Assembly: GCA_951406725.2 (NCBI GenBank)
Contig: OX597822.1
Coordinates: 30,752,001 to 30,816,000, forward strand
DNA from: Octopus vulgaris
Taxonomy: Eukaryota
Direction: 5' to 3'
Length of the DNA: 64,000 bases
Part shown: in pieces, positions 40,477 to 56,499 of the stretch
How positions within the stretch are numbered: the first letter of the stretch is position 1
Layout: every line of letters begins with the position of its first letter
The notes under the pieces: generated by a model
Told to the model about the DNA's origin: nothing
Seen by the model: only the letters and a program-made list of their open reading frames with translations
Databases searched by the model: none
Position numbers and translations under genes: made by a program

Positions 40477-40775
40477 GTGAAGGTGCGTGGCTTAATGATT
40501 GCGGCATTCAGCTCACGATTGTAAGGTCGTGAGTTCAATTTCCCACGACGCGTTGTCTCCTTGAGCTAGGCGCTATATTTCCTGTTGCTTCAGTCCACTC
40601 ACCTGGCAAAGATGAGTAGTTCCCGTATATTAAAGGGCCAGCCTTGTCACATTCCGTGTCACGCTGAATTTTCCTGAGAACTACGTTAAGGGTACACGTG
40701 TCTGTGGAGGGCTCAGCCACTTGGACTTTCACGAAGCTGGGACCCTCGCCGTCGTAACCGACAGAGTGCTTCCCC
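40477..40775 (+). mobile_element. SINE family A, third tail type
   Basis: tRNA head and core; tail also present as a fragment at 19495-19590. Confidence 0.75.
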
Positions 40776-40782
40776 ATATATA

Positions 40783-41160
40783 TATATTATATAAAATCCG
40801 TTCTGTGTGTGTGTGTATCTTCTAGGATCTCGTGCATCCTCCATCCCATTGCGTTCAAATTTGATATATAGATACCGACAGTATCAGGGCGTGTATAAGT
40901 CTTGAAAAAATTACAAAAATCGATTCCAGGTGAGAATGCGATCGATAAAGCCGTGGGAACGGGCATTAGTAAAATCGTTTTATTTGGAATAGAAAAAAAG
41001 TCTATTTTTATTTCTTCTTTTGCTGGTGTCTCAAATTTAGGTTAAATCAGTGTTTCTCAAAGGGAAGGTCTATGGGACGGTCGGACAAGATGTTTTGAGA
41101 AAATTTGGTTTAAATGTTTGACAACTCAGCACCATCCATTGGACGGGGACGTTTTGCTCG
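40783..41160 (+). mobile_element. Non-autonomous Helitron-like element
   Basis: 5' TATATTATATAAAATCCG; 3' hairpin ccatcc-att-ggacgg then CTCG|T; sister copy at 58713. Confidence 0.7.
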
Positions 41161-41189
41161 TATATCTATATATATATATATATATATAA

Positions 41190-41248
<59 letters not shown>

Positions 41249-41422
41249 AAGTGATAGAGAGAGAGGGGAGGAGAGAAAGATAATAAATCAAATAAACAAA
41301 TAAGCCGTTTGGCTTAGATATACGAAATACATATACATGTTATCATGTAAATAGAGAGAAAGCAAAGACTACATTTTCAAACAATGAATATTGAGGTATA
41401 AATATATTGATATTTATATATT

Positions 41423-41747
41423 GGTTTCATATTTTGGCACAATGCCAGCAATTTCGAGGGAGGGGTTGAATCAATTACATCAGCTGATACTTATTTTATC
41501 GACCCCGAAATGGATGAAAGGCAAAGTCAAACTCGACGGTATTTGAATGCAGAACGTAAGGACGAAATGGTGCTAAGGCGCAGAAGTGGCTGTGTGGTAA
41601 GTAGCTTGGTTACGAAACACATGGTTCTGGGTTCAGTCCCACTGCGTGGCACCTTGGGCAATTGTCTTGTACTATAGCCTCGGGCCGACCAAAACCTTGT
41701 GAGTGGATTTGGTAGACGGAAACTGAAAGAAGCCCGTCGTATATATG

Positions 41748-41804
<57 letters not shown>

Positions 41805-42060
41805 ATATGTTTGTGCATCTGTGTTTGTCCCCCTCGCATCGCTTGACAACCGATGCTGGTGAGTTTACGTCCTCGTAACCTAGCGGTTCGGCTAAAAGGA
41901 CCGATAAAATAAGTACTAGGCTTACTAAGTACTAGACTTACAAAGTCCTGGGGTCGATTTGCTCGACAAAATGCGGTGCTCCAGCATGGCCACAGTAAAA
42001 ATGACTGAAACAAGTAAAAGAGTAAAACGAGTAAGCATTTTACCAGTTGTGTTAGCGGTT
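41423..42060. mobile_element. SINE C (-) interrupted by a full SINE B (+, 41577-42030)
   Basis: SINE C sequence ctaag|cattt is split around SINE B, with taag duplicated. Confidence 0.85.
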
Positions 42061-42284
42061 TTTAACGTTTATATATTAAAAGAGCAAACTTACAGAGAGT
42101 ACAAAAGACACAGAAAATTAAATAGGAGAAGGTATGGTGTTACAACCATACCTTCTTATAACATCATATCTTCCCCCTGTAACACCATACATTCTCCCCT
42201 TTGATTGTCCGAGTGCGTTCAACTCTGTGTAAGTTTGCTCTGTTAATATATATGTATATATATATATATATATACATCACACAC

Positions 42285-42584
42285 AGTGATCACAGTGACC
42301 GACCAGGCTATCAGATGTTGTTACACATCGGTGGTCACAATGCGCTTCGCATTTTTCGCCTTGAAATGACGCCACCCCACTGGCTAAGCGAGTAGGCCAA
42401 CAGAAGAAAGAGTGAGAGAAAGTTGTGGCGAAAGAGTACAGCAGGGATCGCCACTACCTCCTGCCGGAGCTTCGTGGAGAATCAGGTGTTTTCGCTCAAT
42501 AAACACTCATAAAGCCCGGTCTGGGAATCGAAACCGCGATCCTACGACCGCGAATCCGTTTCCCTAACCACTGGGCCATTGAGC

Positions 42585-42590
<6 letters not shown>
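42285..42590 (-). mobile_element. SINE family A-related
   Basis: A box TGGCCCAGTGG, B box GGTTTCGATTCC; body shared with 45928-46232. Confidence 0.8.
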
Positions 42591-42662
<72 letters not shown>

Positions 42663-42961
42663 TTGTACTAGAATATTTATCGTTTTGAAAAATTTTCATT
42701 TTATGCTATCTCTCTATTTACAAGTATACATTATATATATACCTAGCATATTAAACCCATGCAGTTGTATTGTGTATTTACATCATACTCTCTATGTCTG
42801 CACACAATGAATCCTCTTATAGCCACTCTTTACCTTGCGGACTTGATCCTCGGTAAAGGTTTCGGAGTGCATGTTCAAATTATTTGACCACTGCTAAGTG
42901 TTTTCTATATAGAGAACTTCTGGATGTCATCTGTCTGTCTGTCTGCCTCTCTCTCTCTCTC

Positions 42962-43005
<44 letters not shown>

Positions 43006-43162
43006 GGGAATATGATTCCAAACTTACAGGGAAAAATTCAATTTAGTAAAACTAAATAAAATTTCACAATATATAATATATATATATATATAAATTAAAG
43101 AACAGCCATATAGCAGTTCAACAATGATATAATTAAATCATACCATATAGAAAATAATTAAA

Positions 43163-43555
43163 TCTTTATATATAAAAGAGAGGTTGTGTGTTGTCTGTCT
43201 CCTACGATTTAGATTCCTAACTACTCCCACATTTTGCGGTGCAGTTTAACCAAAACCGGGTATCTTATAGTCGTGATTCATATCGAGCCCTTCTGGGTAT
43301 TAGCGCGAGTCTACGATGAGTCTACGATTAAAAAAAAAATACCATCAATTTTTCCCATTTTTAATGCATTTTTGGCATATATAAGGGAAGTAACTCTCTA
43401 AAAATTTATTATTAAATCTCAGAACGTAAAAAGCTACAGTAACCCCTTCCTTTGTGGTTAGCCATATTGAGATGGCTATTATACTTTACATCTCTAAAAA
43501 TGCTTATATAGTTATTTCCCTTACAAACCAGAGCAACGTCGGGCGATACTGCTAG
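43163..43555 (+). mobile_element. Complete non-autonomous Helitron
   Basis: A|TCTTTATATATAAAAG ... imperfect GC-rich hairpin ... CTAG|T; AT insertion site, no TSD. Confidence 0.88.
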
Positions 43556-43724
43556 TATATGATAATACATTTACATATAACTAAATAATGTACAAAATAA
43601 TAAATAGTATATAATTATATAAATATTTAGTTATATGTACATGTTTTATAGTATATTTAATAATGTTCTATATGGTATGATTTAATTATATGATTGTTGA
43701 ATTACTACACGCTGGTTTTTTCTC

Positions 43725-43809
<85 letters not shown>

Positions 43810-44332
43810 ATACCAAGCAGGAAAGGACGATAACACAACAACGGCAAACAAGATACGGATCATTCGCAGCCAATTGCTTCTTCTGCATGAGTCTGGAATG
43901 TCCACGTAGTTTCGCCCAATCCTCTCCAATACAACTCGAAACCAGTTCAGCCGAGGGCTTAAGCTGAAGGCGTTAAGCCACTGAGCAAGACAAACGAATG
44001 TATATATACAAACACAAGGAAATAACAAACAGAAAGTGTCTTTCGATTATCGGACGAACGTAACATAAAAAATAGAATTAAACTTATACAATGGACAAAA
44101 GCCTTTCGACTATACAAAAAATAAGTAAATAAAATAAAACAAAACAGAGTCTTTCGACTATCCTAGCGCAAGAAATAGGAAATGGAAAAGTCTTATCTGA
44201 CCGGGTGGCGAGACAGAACAGAACCGATGCGACTGACCTATACATACATACATACATACATACATACATACATACATACATACATACATACATACATACA
44301 TACACACACACATATGTATATATATTAGCAGC

Positions 44333-44783
<451 letters not shown>

Positions 44784-45269
44784 ATATACACTTCTGAAAA
44801 TACGGAAAACATTGCGGCTGTTTTTAGGTGTATCATACAAGCGTTAATTACTGTCAATATGTTAACACGCACTTAAAAAAGTCTGTATCTGCTTTTCGTT
44901 TTTCTTTACATAGCAATTTCGATTTGGATAGGTGTGGAAATAAACAATGCTTCTCTTCGAGACAATCCTCATTCTCAGTTTGTATCTAGAGATAATAAGT
45001 TTACGCTGTTATTTATTTAGCTTTTGTAGTGACATCAGAAGTACACACACACACAAACACATTTACGTGTGCAGATGTGCAGATGTGCAACTAGTCAGAC
45101 GTGTCAGCCTAGAGGATATTGTGTATATTCTAGTGAAAGAACCTTGTTTACGCGCCCGAAGCAGGATGTTTATTGTATCAGAGAATGAATTGAAGACAAA
45201 GCCATGAGCATACCTGCCTACATACCTACAATCCGACCTACCGTCTACCTAGCTAGGTGTGTGTCTCCC

Positions 45270-45712
45270 TCCCTCCCAACCTACCTACCTACCTACCTAC
45301 CTACCTACATACCTACCTACATACCTACCTACCTACCTATTTCCATTCTACATTCATACATTCAAACATGCATACATATATACATACATACATACACACA
45401 TACATACGTACGTACGTACATACATACATACATACATATATACATACGTACGTACATACATACATACAAACATACATACAAAAATACATACGTACATACA
45501 TACATACATACGTACGTACATACATACATGTATATATACATACATACATACGTAGATACATACATACATACATACATACATACATACATACATACATACA
45601 TACATACATACGTACATACATACATACATACATATATACGTACGTACATACATACATACATACATACATACATACATACATACATACATACATACATACA
45701 TTCATACACATA
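45270..45712. repeat. Long degenerate (TACC)n/(TACA)n array
   Basis: Visible. Confidence 0.95.
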
Positions 45713-45927
45713 AATTCAAACATATGTGCATAATAGCTCTTATGTTAGTTTCGACGATAAACATTACTTGATCACCTGAGCATTCGATTCTTCAAATTAA
45801 AGTGTAGTCGGCTGCTAAGTGTACACTGAACGCCAAATCAGCGCCTATTTTGTATCACCATTTGACATTAGAACTACACGTACAGTTCACAGACAAGTTT
45901 CTGTACAGCTTCTGCTTAGCCAATTTC

Positions 45928-46232
45928 GTTGTTTGTTCCTTCCCGAGCCATGCCTGGCCCACAAGGGCCAGTTTCCCGGTTTCCTTGGCGTATAGGTTCC
46001 CCACCTAGACGGGACATCGGTCTGTCGCAGATGAGCTGCAAGACGCAGGAAAAAAAGGTGACATAAAGTTGTGGCGAATGAGTCAGCAGAGGTTCGCCAT
46101 TACCTTCTGCCAGAACCGCGTGGAGCTTAGGTGTCTCGCTCATAAGCACATACATCGCCCGGTCTGAGATTCGAACCCGCGATCCCTCGACCGCGAGTCC
46201 GCTGCTCTAACCACTAGGCCATGTGCCGCCAC
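45928..46232 (-). mobile_element. SINE family A-related
   Basis: A box TGGCCTAGTGG, B box GGTTCGAATC; tail similar to that of 2300-2558. Confidence 0.82.
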
Positions 46233-46913
46233 TCAACCAATTTTGTTCACAAGATTTGGGTTGAACGGAGGCGAGAGGCCATACAAAAAAAAATAATAAA
46301 ATAATAACAATTCACGACGTCACGCAGTAGATTCGATCTCTGGAACTGATGATTGCAACTTAGTATCCATCCATCCATCCATCCATCCATCTATCCATCC
46401 ATCCATACATACATACATACATACATACGTAATTACCAGTGTGATATAATAAAAATATCTGCTTTATCTTAAACTGTTTTCATTATTTAGTATCAGCACC
46501 TACCAGTATATATCACTTACAATATATATATCTTATTCTCTAAACACTTAATTTCTTTCACACCTTGAAACGTCGGCATTTTCAATCGCACAATTTCAAA
46601 AGCCATAACGCCCATGATATTGGTGTCGGATCTCTTAATTCAAGAGGTTATCCATTAATCTTTCAGCAATCTGCTCCTCCTCAAAGAAATTCGGTGCATA
46701 TGATGTTTATGTTACTTACTTTTCTGCGTAGGCATATTCACAAACTCCTTGCCCTTCTATATCACCTTGTATACTACCTCGCACATACACACGTGCGCAC
46801 CATGAGCAAGGGACCCTAAATTTGATTTCTTGCTGCTAGCAAAAGCAGCCAAATATTACTCAAACCACACAAAGCAGGAAAAGGCATATTTGATAACATA
46901 CAACTAGATGTAT

Positions 46914-47076
46914 CAGGAGTGGCTGTGTGGTAAGTAGCTTGCTTACCAACCACATGGTTCCGGGTTCAGTCCAACTGCGTGGCACCTTGGGCAAGTGTCT
47001 TCTACTATAGCCTCGGGTCGACCAAAGCCTTGTGAGTGGATTTGGTAGACGGAAACTGAAAGAAGTCCGTCGTGTG

Positions 47077-47113
<37 letters not shown>

Positions 47114-47352
47114 ATGATTATGTTTGTGTGTCTGTGATTGTCCCCCCAACATCGTTCGACAACCGATGCTGGTGTGTTTACGTCCCCGTAACTTAGCAGT
47201 TCGGCAAGATAGACCGATAGAATAATACTAGGCTTACAAAGAATGAGTCCTGGGGTCGATTTGCTCGACTACAGGCGGTAGTCCAGCATGGCCGCAGTCA
47301 AATGATTGAAACAATTAAAAGAATAAAAGAATAAAAGAATAAAAGAATAAAA
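46914..47352 (+). mobile_element. SINE B with (TAAAAGAA)n tail
   Basis: Full family B sequence. Confidence 0.88.
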
Positions 47353-48023
47353 ACAAAAATAGATAAAACAGGATTGGCAAGGCCGGAATTATCCCGACTT
47401 AGGATTAAAAAACAACAATAACAGCTAATGACTTTTGTCCACAGAACCAAATATTTTATTGGACTTTCTTCAATTACTTCTTAACTGTTTTGCTTTTATA
47501 TATTGTAATTGATTTCGTTATATTCTCATTACCTCCGGGTAAATTACACATCTATGGAAAAGAAAATGTTTCTAATCCATTTGTATTATCTTAACCGTTT
47601 TCCCTTCTCATTGGGAACCTCAACAAAATGAAAGTCATTGCGATGGACCTAGGGAAAATGCTGAACCTCTGACATGAGTTGGTTGTCTGGGGGCTCCATC
47701 AATCCAACATCTCTTGTGTTTAAAATTTCTTAGATCTCACTGATATTTTCTGTCAATAAAATATTACCACAACTTCCTTTGTATCTCAAACATTTATTTT
47801 CTTCTACCTTCATGTCTAGTTACAGGCGTAACCAGTACGTGATCTTGACATTCCATATGACATAAACATTGTCCCTAAAAAGAGAACCGTCAGAAACACT
47901 CCTTAGTTCATTTACACCAACTTAGAAAGACAAATAAATTCTTTCCACGATGGAAAGGCGTAGTATTTGCAAATATCAAGGAATCCTTCTTGCACTACAT
48001 CCTACTTACGTATAAAGTATGCA

Positions 48024-48255
48024 CCAGGAATAACTGTGTGATAAGTAGCTTGGTTACAAACCACATGGTTCCGGGTTTAGGCGCAGGAGTGGCTGTGTTG
48101 CAAGTAGCTCGCTTACCAACCACATGGTTTCGCGTTCAGTCCCCTTGCATAGCACCTTGGGCAAGTGTCTTCTACTATAGCCTCGGGCCGACCAAAGCCT
48201 TGTGAGTTGATTTGTTATACGGAAACTGAAAGAAGCCCGTCATATATATATGTGT

Positions 48256-48294
<39 letters not shown>

Positions 48295-48500
48295 CGTATT
48301 TGTGTGTCTGTGTCTATCTCCCTAACATCGCTTGAATGATGCTGGTGTATTTAAGTCCCCGTAACTTAGCGGTTCGGCAAAAAAGCCCGATAAAATACGT
48401 ACTGGGCTTACAAAGAATATGTCCTGGGGTCGATTTATTTGACTAAAGCCGGTGATCCAGCATGGCCACAATCAAATGACTGAAACAAGTAAAAGAATGA
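48024..48500 (+). mobile_element. SINE B preceded by a duplicated head
   Basis: Head at 48024-48078 and again from 48079. Confidence 0.85.
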
Positions 48501-48906
48501 ACCAACCCTTCAGAATAGTGAATATTTGAACCTCCCTCATAAATGTCGCCTATTCAGCATCCTACGGATAAGCTTCCTGTTTGTATCACTTTCAAATTTT
48601 ATACAAAGACCCAAAGTGTTACATATCGGTGTACTGTTTACATACGTGGAAGAGCACTTTTGATAAAACGGAAAGAATAAAGGATTATTTATCAATGACC
48701 ACCTCGGGGCATGCTATAATGAATGGCTTCAATGATACACTGTTTTAACATTATACATTTTTTCGGGGATACAATTAATGAGTCTCTCCTGTATTTATGT
48801 AATTATGTGAGTGTGAAAATATGCGTGTTTTTATGTATTCAAAGATACATCTACGTATACATATATACATATATGTATAAAAATATATATGTGTATGTAT
48901 ATATAC

Positions 48907-49013
<107 letters not shown>

Positions 49014-49049
49014 TAAGAGAAAGAATGTCCTGTCGCATTTCAATATGGG

Positions 49050-49950
49050 GGAAAAAGAAACAAATGCGTCATTCATCTTAATTGATGCAATTGATGAAGA
49101 TAATATTTCCCGCCATTATTCATTGCAGAACCCCATCTATTTGGCTGTTTGTTGATTCTCCGGGCGTAAAATTCTCTAGGTTTCAGGGTAAAGAAGACGC
49201 GTGATATCGTTTTTAACCCCACCACAATCAATAAACTGATTTTTCATTTTAACTAATGTTGCAGTGATCTGAAAAGATGATAATCAGATGGATCGAGGCC
49301 AGGAAAGCAAAGAGGATGAGACAAACTTTCCATATTTCGTGTCATAGTATTTTTCTGAATGACTTAGGTGTTGATTCGCATTGTCCTGTATGGGAAACTT
49401 GTTGAACAATGATTGGCGCCTTCTCTACAAAGTTTTGTGCTATGACTGCAATTCGCGACTGTACCGCTTCTCATAAACTGTTTTGCTTTGGTTTAACACC
49501 TCATGATAGACGACCTCTTTCAAACACCGCCAGCACAGAGCATAACATTTTGTGGGTGCACCCTTGCTTGGGAATGGATAATCAACTTTCATCGGGTCCT
49601 AACCATTGTCGTTTTATAGATACTATTATAAAGAATACACTTTCCATCACATGGCGATTTTATCCAGGGAAATTTCGGTAGTAAGCCTACACTTCAATAA
49701 CGAACAGAAAACAACTCTTCGATTAAAAAGAGAAGCTCTCAGATGATGAAGGATCATCGAGCTAGTTTAGAATCTTTTTCTAGCGCGTGAAGGAGTTTTA
49801 AGATCGTAGTTTCACTTCAAGTGAACTGTTATGCTAATTTATGCGTAGCTTGCTTTGGATTTTCGTCAACTACGGTTTCTGGTATTCAATAACAGGAACC
49901 AAGAGGTGGAACGAAACGACGAATCGGAACGAACCTGATGCGGGGCGCTG
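49050..49950 (-). pseudogene. Highly decayed mariner transposase
   Basis: CDGKCILYN, QDNA, HPLCFPGLDPSDYHLFRSLQ on the minus strand. Confidence 0.75.
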
Positions 49951-50018
49951 TCAGACAATAAGGTGATAAATAAAAATATATGCATATATATACATATATA
50001 TATATACATGATACATAC

Positions 50019-50572
<554 letters not shown>

Positions 50573-50579
50573 GTATGTG

Positions 50580-50791
50580 TGTGTTTGTCTTTGTGAGTCT
50601 GTGTTTCTACCCCCAACATTGATTGGTAACCGATGCTGGTGTGTTTACGTCCCCGTAACTTAGCGGTTCGGCAAAAGAGACCGGTAGAATAAGTACTAGG
50701 CTTACAAAAAATAAGTCCTGGGGTCGATTTGCTCGACTAAAGGGGTTGCTACAGCATGGCCGCAATCAAATGATTGAAACAAGTAAAAGAG
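50580..50791 (+). mobile_element. SINE B 3' half
   Basis: Family B tail. Confidence 0.82.
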
Positions 50792-50835
50792 CATCTTTAC
50801 ATATATACATACATACATATATATATACATATATA

Positions 50836-50897
<62 letters not shown>

Positions 50898-50935
50898 CAA
50901 AAACGAGCGCGCTCACACACACATATACAGACATG

Positions 50936-51009
<74 letters not shown>

Positions 51010-51031
51010 CATACACATACATAAATACATA

Positions 51032-51064
<33 letters not shown>

Positions 51065-51072
51065 CATCCCTC

Positions 51073-51136
<64 letters not shown>

Positions 51137-51376
51137 ATGAGCGTATCGTAAAGCATATTGAATATTAGCTATTCTCTACTTGCGGCCTTTTCGACATTCT
51201 GAAACCACCAGAGAGCAAGAAATAGAAAGGGTCTGTTAATTGCAACGAAGCGTTGCTTTGAGAGCTGTTTTCACAAAAGTCATACATCATAATTGGGTCG
51301 AGCTTGTCAACAGCTGACAGCGCGTTCTCTTGTCTATCAATAGTAATTTAGGATAAAGAAATAGCAAACTATAAAG

Positions 51377-51464
<88 letters not shown>

Positions 51465-51761
51465 GCACACACACACACACACACTCACACGCATAGCACT
51501 GTACAAAAGTTTATGCAGACACAATACGTAAAAATATCGTTTTATTAAAGCTATGCAAATAGGTAGAAATATTAATTCATGTATGTATTAATATAAAAAT
51601 AATTACCTCCCACCTCGACACAGAAATCAATATACCCGCGTGCACCCGCATGCGTTCGCTTGCTCCCGCAGGCACACGCAAACATACGCACTTGTGTGTA
51701 GATAGACCTTTAGAGGGATGGATTGATAGATAGATAGGTAAATAGATAAATAAATAAACAG

Positions 51762-52135
51762 ATATGTTTCTTTATTAGCCACACAGGTCTGAACACAAAG
51801 GGGATAAATTGCAAAATAGAGCTTTTCTTTGGGGAGAGAAAAAAATTAAATAAAAATAAAAATAAAAAGGGGGTAGGTTTTCGATCAAAAGAGATTGTAA
51901 AAAGAGAGAAAAAAACCGATCTTGTATCACAGAAATGTCATGATGTAAAGTGTAAAGGGGGAAGCAGATAAGGTTTATCCGTGGAAAGAAAAGCCTACGG
52001 AAAAGACCACGGTAACCTCGGTCAATAATGTCACATGTTAACACATTTATTTGCAAGTAAGTAAGTCTGTTTAAAATTTCTCCGGGTTCATAGGATTATG
52101 CTCAAGGTGGCTTCGTCATTCATACGTGCCAGATG
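51762..52135 (-). mobile_element. Probable LINE 3' end (L1/Tx1-like, tentative)
   Basis: Terminal codons LARMNDEATLSIIL*, a pyrimidine-rich UTR and AATAAAGAAA end. Confidence 0.45.
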
Positions 52136-52205
52136 GATATGTAAATAAATTGATGGATAGATAAGTAGATAGATAGATAGATAGAAAGATAGATAGATAG
52201 AGAGG

Positions 52206-52268
<63 letters not shown>

Positions 52269-52501
52269 GTAAATAGATAGATAGAGAGGTAGATAGATAG
52301 GCAGCGATAATATATGTAGATTAATTTATTGTAGCTTATGTATGATTGTGAATATCTCTTGTCCAATGCCCAAAAACTTACGCGCATCTACACATACTGA
52401 TATAAACCCACCCAAACACACAAAGACACACACACACGTTAGTGGTTTCAACAACAGATACTCTAAATCATACAGAAGCTACAAGAAATTAGCCATAATA
52501 A

Positions 52502-52618
<117 letters not shown>

Positions 52619-52640
52619 ATCTACCTACCTACCTATTTGT

Positions 52641-52698
<58 letters not shown>

Positions 52699-53124
52699 GA
52701 CTGTCTGTCTGTCTCTATCTATGCATACATACATACACACATACATACATACATAAATACACATAAATACACATAAATACACATACATACACACATAGTT
52801 ATGTACATTAACTAATACATTTAGATAGTTGATGACGAGCTAAACATACTACTAGGCAATATGAAGCGTGATACAAATAAGTAATAATTAATATAAAGAA
52901 TTATTGCGGTAAATATTTAAAATTGCTAGTTAGTGAACAAGTTAAATGATAGTCTATGGGAAATAACTCCTACCATACATGTATATAAGTAAACAGGAGT
53001 TATTCCCCATGGATATAAAATTGCCGCAACAAAATCGGAGTTATCCCCCATATATATCTTTCTTTTGTTTTTGTTTATTCTTCTACTTATTTCTGCCATT
53101 TGAAGGGTTTTACTCGAAGAAATC

Positions 53125-53424
53125 AATCCCAGTACCTATTTTTGTAAGCCTAGTACTTATTCTATCGTATATTTATACCGAACCGCTAAGTTACGGGACC
53201 ATAAACACACTGGTACAAACACAGATAAATACATACACACACACACACACACACACGTGCATATATACGCACATACATATATACCAGTTTCCTTCTACCA
53301 AATCCACTCACAAGATTTTGGTTGACCGAGGTTATAGTAAAAGACACTTGTCGAAGGTGCCGTGCAGTGAGACTGAACTCCGAACTATGTGGTTGGGGAA
53401 CAAGCTTCTTACCACACAGCCACG
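53125..53424 (-). mobile_element. SINE B, diverged
   Basis: Family B motifs. Confidence 0.78.
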
Positions 53425-54976
53425 GTTGATTATATTAAAATATTTAACGTTGAAAATGCAGGAATGCGCATATTTTTATAAGAAAATATACCAAAGCACA
53501 TACTGTGGATGGGGAGCGATCGCTAAATTAACAGAATATTTTAACGGCTAATGAAGTGTGTAGAACCAAGTAAACGTCGGTTGTTATTAAACTTAGAACG
53601 TAAAGAAAACTTGGCTATTTGTATTTCACGGAAAAAGTGGTTGACTTTTTCCAAAATGTCTGAAAGCGTAGCTTGTGTTGTGTATGGAAACATAGTCGCT
53701 CATCTGCTAACCATCTGCTTTTCACTCCTTCTACTAATGAGGTGGAAGCGTTAAAGAAAGGCGAAGTGAAAAACAGAATTATTAGTGGGAAAAACGGATG
53801 CTGCAATGCTGCTAGATATCTGTATGGAAGAGGATCGAATGAATAAAACAAATCAAATTAATTAGATCGGCGACTGAGTTTCTCAGTTGTCTGATGCATG
53901 AAGTCCTTATCTGCGTTACAGGTGGTTATTTTTGAAGGAGTTGTATTGCAATACTTCTTTTTAAGATGAATGAGTTTCTCAAAGTAAGCAATCTTATTTG
54001 TCTCATATGCTTTAGCATGGATATAACAGACCTCTTGGACGATATAGAGATGCGTTTTGAAGTTTGAAGGTGTTCAAAAGGGAACTGGTTCCCTGCTTGT
54101 TTGTTTCTGATAGATCAGGAGCAAATTGCATGTGATGCTGGATTTAGCAGACAAGAGTGATTGAATTATCAGTCTGCCACTCAGTTATCGGCTACAGAAT
54201 GAAATTAGATAATGTAGTACGTTACGGGTGGTTAAAGATTAGGTTTCAGCCTCTATAACATAATTGGATTGCATCATTATTGGATGCTGTAAGCAGTTAT
54301 GTTACAGCGGGTGATGACTTCAAAGAGAAAAGACATGAGACAAATGTCTTTAATGCAAGAACAAATATAGTCAAATTTTTGTTAGAAAATGAAGGCGTTT
54401 GAAGAGCGACAAAAGAAGTGGATTCAATAATAACAGGAGAGAAGAGAAACATTGAGTCAAAGAAAATAGAGGTGTAGAATTTATGTTCTTATAGGCATCA
54501 CATTTTAGTATTAAATTGAGTGTAGAATGTAGTACGAACAGTAGAGATTGAATACAAATAACAAGTGAGTGGTATGAAGAGATGCAATATGTGTGATTCG
54601 GAAAAAGGTTATTTATTAGGGCTAGTCTAGAAAGTAAAAAGAAGAAACTTGGAAGTAGAGTAAGACTTGTGCAGCCAGTTTAATATTATAGTTTGGCAGC
54701 TAGGCTAGTGTACAGGGAGACATTGTGCAGCGATCGTAAGATAATCTCCGGTCAGGAACCGGGTGTGTCATCGAACTAACAGAGACATTCCTTATCGATA
54801 TTCTTGCCTCAAGTGATTATTTGAAAGCGAACCCCAACAATGCGATGTTCTTACTCGAAAAAGAAAAAGGAATCCTCTATGTCGTATAACACAGGATTGC
54901 ATTAGGCAAAGAAAGAGGGTGGGTTGAAAATATACGTAGAGACAGCAGCGATTTGATGGAGGATGAGCGTCAAGCA

Positions 54977-55098
<122 letters not shown>

Positions 55099-55143
55099 TA
55101 TATACATACATACATATGTATATATACTTACATACATACATAC

Positions 55144-55185
<42 letters not shown>

Positions 55186-55853
55186 CATATCATTATATGA
55201 TCGAACGCTACGCATCCATTTCCAAGTAAGCTTTATCTTAATAATTCTGATGCAACATTTCTATCACTATCCTATCACTATCTCTATTCTCTCCCTCTTC
55301 TTCCTTCTTTCAGTTTTTCTCTCCCACCCTTTCTCTAATACTTCTCCTCCCCCTTCACCGTTCTCTATCTCTCCCTCACTCTTCCTCCTTGACTCTCTCC
55401 TCGCTCACATGTGACCAGCGGCTATCTTTCTTTCTTCACCTAGCTCTACACGAGACGACACACATTTTAGCCTGACTCCTGTCAAATTTTGTATTTCCAG
55501 CGTTCACCACTTCATCTCGTTATGGCTTAACAGACCTTACCGTTTCTTTTGTTCTTACTGTCCTGTTTTTGTTACCACTTTAACCCTCCGCAGCTCCGAA
55601 ATTTTATTTAATTTGCTTTGTGGAAACAACTGTTTTAGCGAAACGCGGAGTAAACAAAACAGGAGGTAACTGATGAAGGGATTGTTCTTTATGTTGCCTG
55701 TCTGGTCTCTCTACTTCTTTCTTTCCTTGCTCGTAAAAAAGTTCGTTTTCTATGTTTTTTGATTTTTCCTATTCTCGTTTTTCATATTGTTCACGTTTTT
55801 TTGACGCCCTGAACCCAATTATGAGTGTGTATATACATATATATGTAAGTATG

Positions 55854-55972
<119 letters not shown>

Positions 55973-56044
55973 GTCTATATGCATATATATATTATTTATA
56001 TTATTACATACATACATACATATATAAATATATATATATATATA

Positions 56045-56314
56045 CAACAACAATTGAGGAACGGCCTCAATAGGCCATTTGACCCACTAGAAAGAGCAGC
56101 CAGGACTCAAACCGCCAAGTAGTAGTAATTCAGAAATTAAAGGAAAATTAAAAAAGAGAAGAAGAAGAAACGAAACGAAACGAAACGAATCGAATCAAAT
56201 CGACGCGAGGGCGCTCAGTCATACAATAGTGTAATAAATAAAATATATTTGAGTCCTGGCTGCTCTTTCTATTGGGTCGAATGGCCTATTGAGGCCGTTC
56301 CTCAATTGTTGTTG
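56045..56314. repeat. 67-bp inverted repeat element next to (TA)n
   Basis: 56045-56111 versus 56248-56314, about 2 mismatches. Confidence 0.85.
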
Positions 56315-56499
56315 AATTTATATATATAGTCTCTGACTATTTTCTCTTTCTCACTAGATCGCTGGTGGCGAAAAAATTTCTATTGAATTTTTTGCTACCC
56401 TATATTGATTAAAATATATATATATTGTTTGTTTTTGATTTTGTAGACAGCACAGTATCGGAGGGTCAGTTGAGCACCGTCTGTGAGAAAAACAGTAAC

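Noticed and set aside
46150-46232. tRNA-like sequence
   Set aside because: SINE head: no 3' acceptor stem or CCA region, and it runs into the SINE body
53480-54960. 1.5-kb complex stretch, possible exon or old retroelement
   Set aside because: Stops in the frames examined; no recognisable motif or convincing splice structure
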